Positions 54,661 through 63,582 of a stretch of DNA of 64,000 nt are shown here, one piece after another. The translations under genes and the position numbers were made by a program. The number at the start of each line of letters is the position of its first letter. The first letter of the stretch is position 1. The DNA lies in the IMG/VR virus record IMGVR_UViG_3300032295_003840, positions 64,001 to 128,000 of that record; one strand, written 5' to 3'. This DNA is from a virus (taxonomy: Duplodnaviria; Caudoviricetes). Below the pieces are notes generated by a model, which saw only the letters and a list, made by a program, of their open reading frames with translations, was not told the origin of the DNA and ran no database searches.

Positions 54661-57452
54661 GGTCGGCTCAGATCGCATAAGTAGAGTTTTAACTGTCCAT
54701 CGCCCGTGGTTGCAATCTTATGATCCATGAAGGTAGCAACCTTGGGATATCCTCTGGGTCCATTTACTGGCAATGCTGCACGATTACCATTGGGATTGAA
54801 ACTGCAATGCACCCAGCCCTGGAACACTCCGCTGAATGTTCCATATTCCAGCAGCAGCTGATCATAGGCTACATTGTCGCGAATCCACAGGGCAGCATCA
54901 TATAGATTTGGTGCGGCTTTTCCGCCACCAAACTGCATGTCGGCGGCCAGGCCCTCACCATGCTGTGCCTCGCCAGGTCCTATGCGGAACACACTGGTCA
55001 GGCTCATCTGTGGGAAACGCTTCTTGATGGGTTCCAGCACATTGACACATAGTCCACGCAGGTTGTCCAGTATCTGTGCCTTGGTCAATCCATTGGCTGT
55101 GGGTATGCTGCTCTTGAAGAAAGCGCGCGCCTGGGTCGCCGTGGCAATATGCGATGGCAGAATATCGCCCAGAGTATAATTGGCACTGAGCTGTATGCTC
55201 AGTGGGAACTCCCGATAGCTATTGAACTCGCCGATCTTGTAGGGTGTGGGTGGTACAATGATGGCAATTTTGGTGTCAGATCGTTTGCAACCAGCACGGG
55301 CAATCTCTTTACCACGGTCTACTTCTTCCTGAGTCTTCTTACCAGCAGCCACGTCTTTTTCCTGCTTTAGTGGATCGTCGCCGGCATCGCCAGAGCTACG
55401 GTCATCTGTATCCTGAGTACATTCAACACGATCTAGATCTACGGGTTTGTTGTTCGTGGGTGTGGCTGTGCTCAGCACTTCCAGACCTGAGTCGGCAGCC
55501 GACGCAGATTTGCCATCGTTAAAGTCAATGATGCTGCCATCCAGTGCCATGCTTCCACCGGACTTGATGTTCATGCTATTGCTGGCCTGCAGAAACATGC
55601 TGCCGCCGGCCTTGACATGAAAGTCCTGTTGCGCTTCCATGTAGATGTTCTTGGCCTGAGTCTTAAGATTGCCTGCCACGTTCAGTACTGCATCGTTTTT
55701 AACATTGATGGTGGTGTTGCCCCAGACTTCCACATCCAGTGTGTCGCGTATGAACACCTTGGCAGCATTTTCTACAGTAATGTCATAGCCGCCTTTGATG
55801 TAGACGTGATTGTTTCGGACATAGATGCCGTAGTGGTCGCCCTGTACGTGCTGATGATAGGTTCCGTTTTCGTCAATTTCCACAAAGGTACCAGTGCGGT
55901 GATACATGTGCAGACGCTGGTGTGCGGGTGTGTCATCCATTTCAATGACATGACCGCTTTCGCTTTCCACGACATGGTTATAGGGATACTTGCCGCAGAA
56001 TGCTGGCTTGGGTTCACTCCAGCTACCACCATTGGCTGTGTCGACACTTACAACACGATTTCTTTCCTTGGCCTCTACAATGGTGCCCGAGGTATCGCCT
56101 GTGGCCAATTTATTGGTGTCGGGACGATCAGTATAATCACAGGTAGGATATACACTGTTGGGATCTTTAAAGGCATCGGGACTGCCCAGCTTGGGATCGT
56201 TCAGAGTCTCAGTAGGCGGTGTTGTCTGAGGATCGGGCTGCGCAGTATTGGGTTTGGCCTGATCTGGCGGACGTGACGCAGGCTGACCCAGAAGTTCAGC
56301 AACCCTGGTACCATTGGGGCTGGCACCCACAGTATAAGGAGGTGTAAAACTATTAACTATGCCCAGAATTTTTACGCCATAGCTAAATCTGCGAATATCA
56401 CCGCCACCACCCACCATGCTGGTAACCAATACATTGGCATCGGCCTGGTTCGTCGGTGGGTAATTTATACCTGTCAACCTCTGAGCAGTACCAGAATCTA
56501 TGGACAGTCTCATGAATGCCGCTGTAGCTTGTGCGGCATTGTCTGGGTCCAACAACAGGTCAGGATTGCTGACAAATCGTTCATCACCATAGGCCAGTTT
56601 ACTGAGTCTGCTGTACAGGCTTTTACCTGTGAATTGTATGAAACCACGTCCACGATATTTAAAACCATCGCCAACCTGAAAGTGCTTGAATCCTTCGGGC
56701 TTTGATCTGTCTGCACAGGTCACGCCATACATGTAATCAAAAAATTGTATGTCATTTTGGCTTACGCGTTCCCATTCTTCTGGGGAAAGTATTGCGCATC
56801 GTCGTTGTCCAAATACTTCGAGAATGCGAGGAAATTTTGTACCGCGATAACTGATTTCTGCCTTGGTGGTTCCACCGGCTTCTTTGAGAGCATTACCAAT
56901 GACCGCTGCCACAAAGTAATGATTGGTTATACCCTGTCGCTTGCAGGCCAGCACAATTTTTTCTAAATTTTCCTGTATCTTTTGATTTGTTGGTGCAGGC
57001 TTGGCTACAACTGAATTGTTCTGATCGGTTCGCACCGGATTGCCGCTGCCATCGCTGACCACGTTGCCGCTGCCATCACGCAGCACGTTGTTGTCACCTT
57101 TTGACTGATTGGCTTCCTGTGCACCACAGGCACGTGTCTTGTCGGGTAATCCACCCATGGTGCCCATGATCATGGGCTGCTGTTTGTCACGACCATCCAG
57201 GAAGAATCCAACTACCCAGCTGCCTTCTAAGGGCCCAACTGGTGAGGATCCTTTGCCGCTGACACCTGCACTGGTGATGCTCTGCATGGGTATGGCCCAG
57301 GGCAGATCGCCTGTGGGCAGAACTTCTTTGTTGTCGATGTGATAGCCTAAAATGCGCACACGGCAACGTCCCAGTTTTTCTGGATCTTCGCGATCTTCAA
57401 CGACGCCGATCCACCAATAAAATCCGTCACGTCCAAAAATATTATCGTTCAT
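54657..57452 (-). CDS. gp5: Baseplate hub/central spike with GH19 and peptidase M15-like domains
   Basis: OB-fold WWIGVVEDR.DP.KLGR.RVR and LPWA; GH19 GDG.KYRGRG.IQ.TG; YPYNHV.E.ESGH..E.DDTP spike; C-terminal H-x6-D...WVH. Confidence 0.95.
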   Translation of the reverse strand: MNDNIFGRDGFYWWIGVVEDREDPEKLGRCRVRILGYHIDNKEVLPTGDLPWAIPMQSITSAGVSGKGSSPVGPLEGSWVVGFFLDGRDKQQPMIMGTMGGLPDKTRACGAQEANQSKGDNNVLRDGSGNVVSDGSGNPVRTDQNNSVVAKPAPTNQKIQENLEKIVLACKRQGITNHYFVAAVIGNALKEAGGTTKAEISYRGTKFPRILEVFGQRRCAILSPEEWERVSQNDIQFFDYMYGVTCADRSKPEGFKHFQVGDGFKYRGRGFIQFTGKSLYSRLSKLAYGDERFVSNPDLLLDPDNAAQATAAFMRLSIDSGTAQRLTGINYPPTNQADANVLVTSMVGGGGDIRRFSYGVKILGIVNSFTPPYTVGASPNGTRVAELLGQPASRPPDQAKPNTAQPDPQTTPPTETLNDPKLGSPDAFKDPNSVYPTCDYTDRPDTNKLATGDTSGTIVEAKERNRVVSVDTANGGSWSEPKPAFCGKYPYNHVVESESGHVIEMDDTPAHQRLHMYHRTGTFVEIDENGTYHQHVQGDHYGIYVRNNHVYIKGGYDITVENAAKVFIRDTLDVEVWGNTTINVKNDAVLNVAGNLKTQAKNIYMEAQQDFHVKAGGSMFLQASNSMNIKSGGSMALDGSIIDFNDGKSASAADSGLEVLSTATPTNNKPVDLDRVECTQDTDDRSSGDAGDDPLKQEKDVAAGKKTQEEVDRGKEIARAGCKRSDTKIAIIVPPTPYKIGEFNSYREFPLSIQLSANYTLGDILPSHIATATQARAFFKSSIPTANGLTKAQILDNLRGLCVNVLEPIKKRFPQMSLTSVFRIGPGEAQHGEGLAADMQFGGGKAAPNLYDAALWIRDNVAYDQLLLEYGTFSGVFQGWVHCSFNPNGNRAALPVNGPRGYPKVATFMDHKIATTGDGQLKLYLCDLSRP

Positions 57453-58803
57453 TGACCTTTTCCTTGCGATATGAGTCTTTGACCAGTTCCATGATCATCA
57501 TGTGTTTTTGTAGGGTTATTTTATGCCGTATGGCAGTTACCAGATAGAATCCACTGAACAACGGATCGCCACCGGTCTTGGAGGTGTCGCTCTGATCTCT
57601 GGGGCTGGCATCAGGGTAGTGTAGATACACCACTGATCCTACCTCGGCATCAGTGCGACCTGGTACGGTTATGACAACTTTAAAATTGCCCAATTCATTG
57701 ATAGTACTGACTCGGCGTGGCAGAGTCTTGTCAATAATGTTGTTGGCATTGGTTTCCAGATCATTGAACAGTTTTTCGTGCTTGGGATAGAACTGTGTCA
57801 GACTGCTGGGACCGCGCAGAGTAACATCGGAAAACGGAGCCTGGCCACCGCCGTTGATGTCTTCCAGATGTTTGTATTCTTTGTAGCTGGCTACATGATC
57901 ATAGTCAATGACTTCATATTTTCTGGACAAGATGTCCAGAGTAATCAGACGATTGGCATAGTATCCATTGTGCGTATTTTTAAAGGCATTGAAGGTTTCT
58001 ACAACTTCCAATTCTTCGACCTTGCTATAATCGCGTTCAACGTCTTTGCGATATTCTTCGCGTTTTTGATCACCAGTAAGGTTGGCGGGAACATAGTTAT
58101 ATTCGCGATAGATTAACTTGTCCTGTGCGGCTATATCAATGATGGCTTCGACATTGGCAAAATAAAAGGCCTGAGTAGTTTCATAGAACAAATACGACGG
58201 AGCCTTGAGGTTGCGTGGCAGAGTACGAGCCGCCAACCAGTTGATGCAGTGTGTGGCGTGCCAGCCTGGACTGGTAAAGGATATTTCGTTGTCGGTTTCG
58301 CCAACAATGACCAAGGGTGTAACATCTTCGTCATTGCCCGAGTTTCGGGGCACGGCCAGACGATCTTTGTAGATCTGTGTTACTATGTCTGATACTGGAC
58401 CACGGAAATGTGAATATACTGGTGCCAGCATGTCAATGAACAACTCAGTGCTGCAGAAGTGCAGAATATAGCTCTGTGTGTTGGTGTCCCTGATCATCAT
58501 GCGATTGGTGATGCTGTAGACTTTGAAGGTCTTGTAGATACGCTGATTTAACTGCGGTGTGCGTATCTGCAGACGAATGTACTCGTTGCCTACAATGGGG
58601 AACTTGCCAACAAAGTTGCCAGCGTCAATCAGCAGAATGTTGCCATATAGACCGTTTTTAAACATGTCTTCAAAGATGTTGATCTCGCCCACCAGCTGAA
58701 AGACGCTGAGCTCTTCGTTGTTCTCTTTGATTATAACAACTTCAACGACATTGACATCACCAGCAGTCTGTATGCCTTCTGGTGAATTTGCACTAGTTGC
58801 CAT
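57442..58803 (-). CDS. Baseplate hub protein (gp27-like)
   Basis: I.IFED, P..GNE, Y.LHFCS.E, YLFYET, I.VPG...VG and SG.YLVTAIRH motifs; between gp53 and gp5. Confidence 0.8.
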   Translation of the reverse strand: MATSANSPEGIQTAGDVNVVEVVIIKENNEELSVFQLVGEINIFEDMFKNGLYGNILLIDAGNFVGKFPIVGNEYIRLQIRTPQLNQRIYKTFKVYSITNRMMIRDTNTQSYILHFCSTELFIDMLAPVYSHFRGPVSDIVTQIYKDRLAVPRNSGNDEDVTPLVIVGETDNEISFTSPGWHATHCINWLAARTLPRNLKAPSYLFYETTQAFYFANVEAIIDIAAQDKLIYREYNYVPANLTGDQKREEYRKDVERDYSKVEELEVVETFNAFKNTHNGYYANRLITLDILSRKYEVIDYDHVASYKEYKHLEDINGGGQAPFSDVTLRGPSSLTQFYPKHEKLFNDLETNANNIIDKTLPRRVSTINELGNFKVVITVPGRTDAEVGSVVYLHYPDASPRDQSDTSKTGGDPLFSGFYLVTAIRHKITLQKHMMIMELVKDSYRKEKVNER

Positions 58804-59293
58804 TTAGTAATCCAGTAAGATTATTAATAAAGACTGGTAAAAATTCAGGTTTAATTACGCTGATGCGACGCTTGGCTTCATTGATAGCCTCTTCGTACTG
58901 AAAATAACTTACCGGAGTTTTAGAACCAGCATAGCTGCTGTGCACTACATCGCCATCGGAATTGATATAGTGTTTGACAGCGTCGACGTTTGCAATGCTG
59001 TATTTGCGTTTAACAAAGGCAATCAGTTCTTTGTTGCCCAATGGCCAATCAAATCTGGGATCCAGTATGTTGTTGGTCAGCAAAATAACCCAATGATAGT
59101 AACTTTCATTGTAGAATTTATCGGCCACGATTTCCGGAGTTTCGCCGTCTAGAACATCGTAGTCATCATAGAAGGTACTGGTCTGCAGATTTGCGTCAAA
59201 GGATCGTACACGCCGAAAAATGTCGGCAATCTGAAAACTGGTCTTTCCATCGTCCAGACTATAATGTATTACAGGAAATGATTTGAAGTACAT
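58793..59293 (-). CDS. gp53: Baseplate wedge subunit (LysM-like)
   Basis: MYF..FP...Y, DGETPE.VA.K.Y....HWVILL.N and YE...NE.KR.I motifs. Confidence 0.95.
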   Translation of the reverse strand: MYFKSFPVIHYSLDDGKTSFQIADIFRRVRSFDANLQTSTFYDDYDVLDGETPEIVADKFYNESYYHWVILLTNNILDPRFDWPLGNKELIAFVKRKYSIANVDAVKHYINSDGDVVHSSYAGSKTPVSYFQYEEAINEAKRRISVIKPEFLPVFINNLTGLLNGN

Positions 59294-59294
59294 A

Positions 59295-60452
59295 TCAGAA
59301 TCCTTGGTTGATGCGTTCTTTGGTCATTGTTTCTAGTTCAACGAATCTCAGCTTCATGTTGATTTCAGTAGCATAGCCACTTCTAAAACTACCAAATTGC
59401 TGACCGCCATAGTCCACGGTCATGTTTTGCAGAACACAGGTGCTGATATTGAACAACGTAGGATTGGGTACGTCGTTGAAATAATAAACTATGTTGAACT
59501 GACTGGGATAGACATAGAACAGTCCTCCAGTGGATAGTTCTGGATGCATGTGAAACTTGAATGCCTGAATAATTTGCCAGACCTTTTCAGACTCTTTGCC
59601 ACTGCGCGGAACAAACTTGTAATTAAAGTCAAAGGTTCTGGGTTCCACATTCTTAAAAATTTGCTCACGAAATGGATTCATGGCTGTACCAGTACCCAGA
59701 GATGCCATGGCTTTAAGATCTATCTCTGACGCTCCTATGGCATTGGTAACGCCAGCTGGAATTTGAGCAAGATTAAGTAACATTGCTCGGGCAGCTTCAC
59801 CACCGGCATCCAACGCACCACTATCAATGGCCGACGTACCACCAGCTAAAAATCCTGCTAGGCTACCCATGTCCTGTTGTTGATAGTTTACACCATAGCT
59901 TACACTGGGTCTTTCCTGTACTGCCAGCATGATGGCGTCTGAAATTCTAAAAGTTTTATCAGGCTCAAAATAATTGGCTGCTATGGCACCCGTGGCAGCA
60001 CCAACGAAGCCGCCGCCTATGGTGCCAATGGTACGTACTGCGCTGGGAACATTTTTAGAAAACAGTCCAGTCAATTTACTGATTGCACTGGCACCAACCT
60101 TGGCACCAACATAGGCAGCGGCGCCAGTTAAAACTGCGTTGCTAGCAGTACCAAGTCTGTCTGTGGGAAGAGATTGTTCATCGGCTCGATTGACTTCCAG
60201 AGTTGTATAGCTGGCCTTGTATTTGCTTTTGCCGCGTATGTTGATGAAGAACCCAACATAGTGTTTCATGTCTGGAGCAACGCTGGTATTTTCGGGGTAC
60301 ATGTATTTGTTGACGTTGTATTTAAATATAGCGCCCGCTGTTCCTGTGACCTGCCCGCCCGAGGCATTTAATCTGGTGGCATTGGCCTGATTGGCACTGT
60401 AGATGCCATTGACCTGTCCGCCCTGTGCATTGCTTGGTGGTGCTGTAGCCAT
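59295..60452 (-). CDS. gp48: Baseplate tail tube cap
   Basis: NP..EQIF.....R.F.F.YKF.PRS..E...V..II..FK.HM.P and CVL....VDY motifs. Confidence 0.92.
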   Translation of the reverse strand: MATAPPSNAQGGQVNGIYSANQANATRLNASGGQVTGTAGAIFKYNVNKYMYPENTSVAPDMKHYVGFFINIRGKSKYKASYTTLEVNRADEQSLPTDRLGTASNAVLTGAAAYVGAKVGASAISKLTGLFSKNVPSAVRTIGTIGGGFVGAATGAIAANYFEPDKTFRISDAIMLAVQERPSVSYGVNYQQQDMGSLAGFLAGGTSAIDSGALDAGGEAARAMLLNLAQIPAGVTNAIGASEIDLKAMASLGTGTAMNPFREQIFKNVEPRTFDFNYKFVPRSGKESEKVWQIIQAFKFHMHPELSTGGLFYVYPSQFNIVYYFNDVPNPTLFNISTCVLQNMTVDYGGQQFGSFRSGYATEINMKLRFVELETMTKERINQGF

Positions 60453-60457
60453 AAATA
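60450..60457 (+). promoter_or_regulatory. Late promoter for gp4, overlapping the gp48 start codon
   Basis: CATAAATA; its CAT is the reverse complement of the gp48 ATG. Confidence 0.7.
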
Positions 60458-60482
60458 GTTTTGCTCCGTTATTTTAGTTTCT

Positions 60483-60935
60483 ATGTATACTCGCCAGACC
60501 TACAAAGGACGTTATCGCGTCATCAATGCCAGCAAATATGTTGGCAATCCCACACAGGTTGTTTATCGCAGTCTGTGGGAACTAAAGTTCATGAAGTGGT
60601 GCGACAACAATTCCGCTGTGTTGGAATGGGGTAGCGAAGAGATCATTATACCTTATTTATCGCCTGTGGACCAGAGAATCCATAGATATTTCGTGGATTT
60701 CTATGTCAAAATACGCAGTCAGGATGGCAAAGAACAACGCTATCTCATAGAGATCAAACCCGCCAAGTTTGTTCGACAGCCTGAAAAGCCCAAGCGCATG
60801 ACGCCGCGGTTCATCGATGAAGTTCGTACCTGGGGTATCAACCAGAGCAAATGGAAGTCAGCCACAGAGTTCTGTGAAAGTCGGGGCTGGCGCTTCATGA
60901 TACTTACAGAAAACGATTTGAATTTAGATAAATAA
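60483..60935 (+). CDS. gp4: Head completion nuclease (TnsA-like PD-(D/E)xK fold)
   Basis: KY.G.P..V.YRS.WE..FM.WCD, WGSEE..IPY, HRYF.DF, IEIKP, N..KW..A and F.ILTE motifs. Confidence 0.95.
   Translation: MYTRQTYKGRYRVINASKYVGNPTQVVYRSLWELKFMKWCDNNSAVLEWGSEEIIIPYLSPVDQRIHRYFVDFYVKIRSQDGKEQRYLIEIKPAKFVRQPEKPKRMTPRFIDEVRTWGINQSKWKSATEFCESRGWRFMILTENDLNLDK
60654..60661 (-). promoter_or_regulatory. Candidate late promoter for the gp48-gp53-gp27-gp5 unit, inside gp4
   Basis: Minus strand GATAAATA about 200 bp before the gp48 ATG. Confidence 0.5.
60927..60934 (+). promoter_or_regulatory. Late promoter predicted to start transcription at the gp2 ATG
   Basis: GATAAATA-ACGCT-ATG. Confidence 0.7.
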
Positions 60936-60939
60936 CGCT

Positions 60940-61512
60940 ATGGCGAACTACAATCCCTTTAAAAATCTCACGGTACGTGCTGGGGATATCGAGCGCAGCG
61001 TGAACTGGTATCAGTCACAGGTCAAGAATCTGCGGGGTCTGAACAGCAACGTCAGCAACATGATGGGCGGGTCAGCTGGCATGCGCAGTCGAGTCTATCC
61101 TGGCGGACTCTATATGTTCTACTACGATGCCAAGCACAAGGACACCTTACCCTACTGGGATCAGATGCCCCTGGTGTTTCCCTTCAGCACAGTCAAGGGC
61201 GGGTTCCATGGACTGAACCTGCACTACCTGCCCTATGGTGCGCGCTTCAAACTCATGGGAGCTCTGCTGGAGGTAACGCACAAGCATACTGATCCCAAGA
61301 TGCGTGCTCAGATCAGCTGGAACATCCTGAATTCAGGATCCAAGTTTCCAGGCGTAGGCGCCTGTGTAAAGCATTACCTAAACGATCATGTCAGGAGTCG
61401 TTTCATGGACATACCACATGATCAGTGGCTGGCTGCCAGCATGATGCCCATAGAAAAATTCCAGGGCGCCAGCAAAGAAGCTGTCTGGCGAGACAGCAGA
61501 AAACATATCTAA
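60940..61512 (+). CDS. gp2: DNA end protector protein
   Basis: YMFYYDAKHK.TLPYWD..PL, GLNLHYLP, KHYL..HV.S and VW.DS motifs. Confidence 0.95.
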   Translation: MANYNPFKNLTVRAGDIERSVNWYQSQVKNLRGLNSNVSNMMGGSAGMRSRVYPGGLYMFYYDAKHKDTLPYWDQMPLVFPFSTVKGGFHGLNLHYLPYGARFKLMGALLEVTHKHTDPKMRAQISWNILNSGSKFPGVGACVKHYLNDHVRSRFMDIPHDQWLAASMMPIEKFQGASKEAVWRDSRKHI

Positions 61513-61521
61513 GGAACCGCC

Positions 61522-62346
61522 ATGGCAACAAGCAGCAACAGAATTTTTTCAAATGTCAGCCCAAATCCAGTAAATAGCGACGGCACACGCGAGGGCTATG
61601 TGTTGATGCCCAAGGCCAAGTATAAACTTGACGACATACTGGCCGAAGTTGGCGGTCGTGGCATGGCCAAGGCCAATCGTTTCGAAGTGTTTATTACTGC
61701 GCCACCGTGTTTATATGACTATACTGTCAATGAAACCATAAGCCAACAAAACACTGGCGGCAGATATCGAACACAGAACATGATCAACCATGATGGTGTG
61801 GCCAAACGACTCAGTGTATTCTGTGAAAGCGCCAGTCTACCACCCACCAGAATTATTACTACACGACAGCAGATTTTTGGACCGCCCAGTTTCCATCCCA
61901 TAGGCGCAGACTACGGTGGTGACAACCTTAGCCTTACCTTTGCTCTGGATAAATGGTACACCATGAAAGAGTTCTTTGATATCTGGGTAGACAGCATTGT
62001 GGGAAGAAACAATGGTCTGGTAAGCTATTCCTCAGATTATCTTTCACAGGGCATGACCATTTCACAACTGGACGAAGAAGATCGAACACATTATACCGCA
62101 GTATTTGAAGATGTGTTTCCCATAGCTGTGAACCCCATACAACTGGACAGCAGCATGAGCAACACTGTAAGTAAAATGTCGGTAACCTTCTGTTATCGTC
62201 GTTGGAGAAATATCAGCATGACTGTCAATGATAGACCAGTAACACAACGCGCTGAAACGGTCCGTACTGGTTTTAATGATCGCAGACAGCCTTCTAATAA
62301 AATCGGAGCTGTTGCGGGTTCAGGTTACAAATTTCCTGGACTTTGA
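61522..62346 (+). CDS. gp54: Baseplate tail tube initiator (gp19 paralogue)
   Basis: G.A..NRFEV, CES.SLP, F..W...I, I.QLD, FP..V...L and VTF.YR.W motifs. Confidence 0.8.
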   Translation: MATSSNRIFSNVSPNPVNSDGTREGYVLMPKAKYKLDDILAEVGGRGMAKANRFEVFITAPPCLYDYTVNETISQQNTGGRYRTQNMINHDGVAKRLSVFCESASLPPTRIITTRQQIFGPPSFHPIGADYGGDNLSLTFALDKWYTMKEFFDIWVDSIVGRNNGLVSYSSDYLSQGMTISQLDEEDRTHYTAVFEDVFPIAVNPIQLDSSMSNTVSKMSVTFCYRRWRNISMTVNDRPVTQRAETVRTGFNDRRQPSNKIGAVAGSGYKFPGL

Positions 62347-62363
62347 ACTACAAGGAGAATTGA

Positions 62364-63059
62364 ATGTCTTTACCATTATTTACTACACCCAAGCACAGAG
62401 TTCGTCTGCCCAGCAATGGAGCCGATGTTGAGTTTCGTCCATTCCTAGTCAAGGAACAGAAACTGTTGCTCATGGCTACCAATGGCAGTCCTGAACAGCA
62501 GGCACATGCACTCAACGAAGTTATCAATGCCTGCACCTTTGGCAAGGTCAATGCGCAGACACTACCAGCCTATGACGCAGAATTTTTGTTTTTAAATATT
62601 CGTGCACAGAGTGTAGGAGAAACTGTGAATGTGGTCATGACCTGCAGCTGTGAAGCCAAGCAGGATGCCAAGCTCGATGTCACTGCCATCAAGGTAGACA
62701 AGTCGGAACGACATCGCGACATCATTGAAGTTGACAAAAATCTCAGCATACAGATGCGCTATCCTACTCTGCTAGAACTACAGGGCATTGACGGCAGCAA
62801 CGATGTAGACAACATCATTGGGCTGATTGCCGGCAGCATAGACAGCATCTGGGAAGGCGAAGAAAAATTCGATGCCCGAGATTATAGCAACGCAGATCTG
62901 GTAGAGTTTGTAGAAAATCTCAACCCAGCTACGCTGGAAAAACTAGAAGAGTTCTTTGCCACCATGCCCGTGCTGCGTCATACCATGGACTGGGACTGCA
63001 AAGAATGCGGAAAACACAACACTGTTGTCATGGAGGGCATGAACAGTTTTTTCGCCTAG
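62364..63059 (+). CDS. gp26: Baseplate hub assembly protein
   Basis: M.LP, FRPFLVKE.KLLL, D.E.LFL.IR..SVGE, CxC and CxxC, M.YP, FF.TMP.L and EG..SFF motifs. Confidence 0.92.
   Translation: MSLPLFTTPKHRVRLPSNGADVEFRPFLVKEQKLLLMATNGSPEQQAHALNEVINACTFGKVNAQTLPAYDAEFLFLNIRAQSVGETVNVVMTCSCEAKQDAKLDVTAIKVDKSERHRDIIEVDKNLSIQMRYPTLLELQGIDGSNDVDNIIGLIAGSIDSIWEGEEKFDARDYSNADLVEFVENLNPATLEKLEEFFATMPVLRHTMDWDCKECGKHNTVVMEGMNSFFA
63047..63053 (+). promoter_or_regulatory. Candidate -1 programmed ribosomal frameshift heptamer T TTT TTC
   Basis: In-phase X XXY YYZ heptamer just before the gp26 stop; the -1 frame is the gp51 frame. Confidence 0.6.
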
Positions 63060-63244
63060 TCCTTTCTCATGAAAGTTTGTTTGGTTATTATCAGACAAAT
63101 TTTAATTTAATGCAGTACCATAAGTACAGTTTGTCTGAATTGGAAGATATGTTGCCATGGGAAAGGGAAATTTATATCATGTTGTTGGTAAAACACCTAG
63201 AAGAAGAGAATCAACGTTTACAACAACAGCAAGGAGGCCGATGA
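63047..63244 (+). CDS. gp51: gp51-like baseplate hub assembly catalyst, probably translated as a gp26 frameshift extension (alternative ATG at 63110)
   Basis: LSHESL..YY.TNF.LMQ.HKYSL.ELE.M.PWEREIY...L...LEEEN pattern. Confidence 0.8.
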   Translation, partial: FFRLVLSHESLFGYYQTNFNLMQYHKYSLSELEDMLPWEREIYIMLLVKHLEEENQRLQQQQGGR

Positions 63245-63579
63245 TGGCAACAGCAGGAACTAGCAAAGAAGATTGGATGCAGAATAAATGGCGTCCAGCC
63301 ATGGGATGGATGTACATGATCTGCTGTCTGGCAGACTTCGTAATTTTCCCAATCATGTTTACCATTGTACAATTCTGGGAAACTCAGGCGGCCAACGACG
63401 CATTCCGTCAGTGGATGCCCATCACTCTGCAGAATGGCGGGTTCTTCCACATCGCCATGGGTGGTGTTCTGGGTGTGGCAGCTTTTGGTCGTACCAAGGA
63501 AAAGCTGGCCACCACCGAAGCACAAAGCAAGAACAACAACGATGACGACGACAATCGCGTCTATACACCCAAAGAGTAA
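63241..63579 (+). CDS. Holin-like membrane protein (3TM/GTA holin family)
   Basis: W...WRP.MGW.Y...C..DF..FP followed by hydrophobic segments ending LG..A.GRT.EK; AAGGAGG RBS. Confidence 0.7.
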   Translation: MMATAGTSKEDWMQNKWRPAMGWMYMICCLADFVIFPIMFTIVQFWETQAANDAFRQWMPITLQNGGFFHIAMGGVLGVAAFGRTKEKLATTEAQSKNNNDDDDNRVYTPKE

Positions 63580-63582
63580 ACC

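Noticed and set aside
60483-60935. Tn7 TnsA transposase or homing endonuclease
   Set aside because: Motifs and position next to gp2 identify T4 gp4; no transposon ends or partner genes are seen.
63005-63240. ORF-track starts at 63005 (gp51) and 63157 (holin)
   Set aside because: The extra N-terminal residues overlap upstream genes and lack an RBS; a frameshift and the AAGGAGG-ATG at 63241 explain the sequence better.
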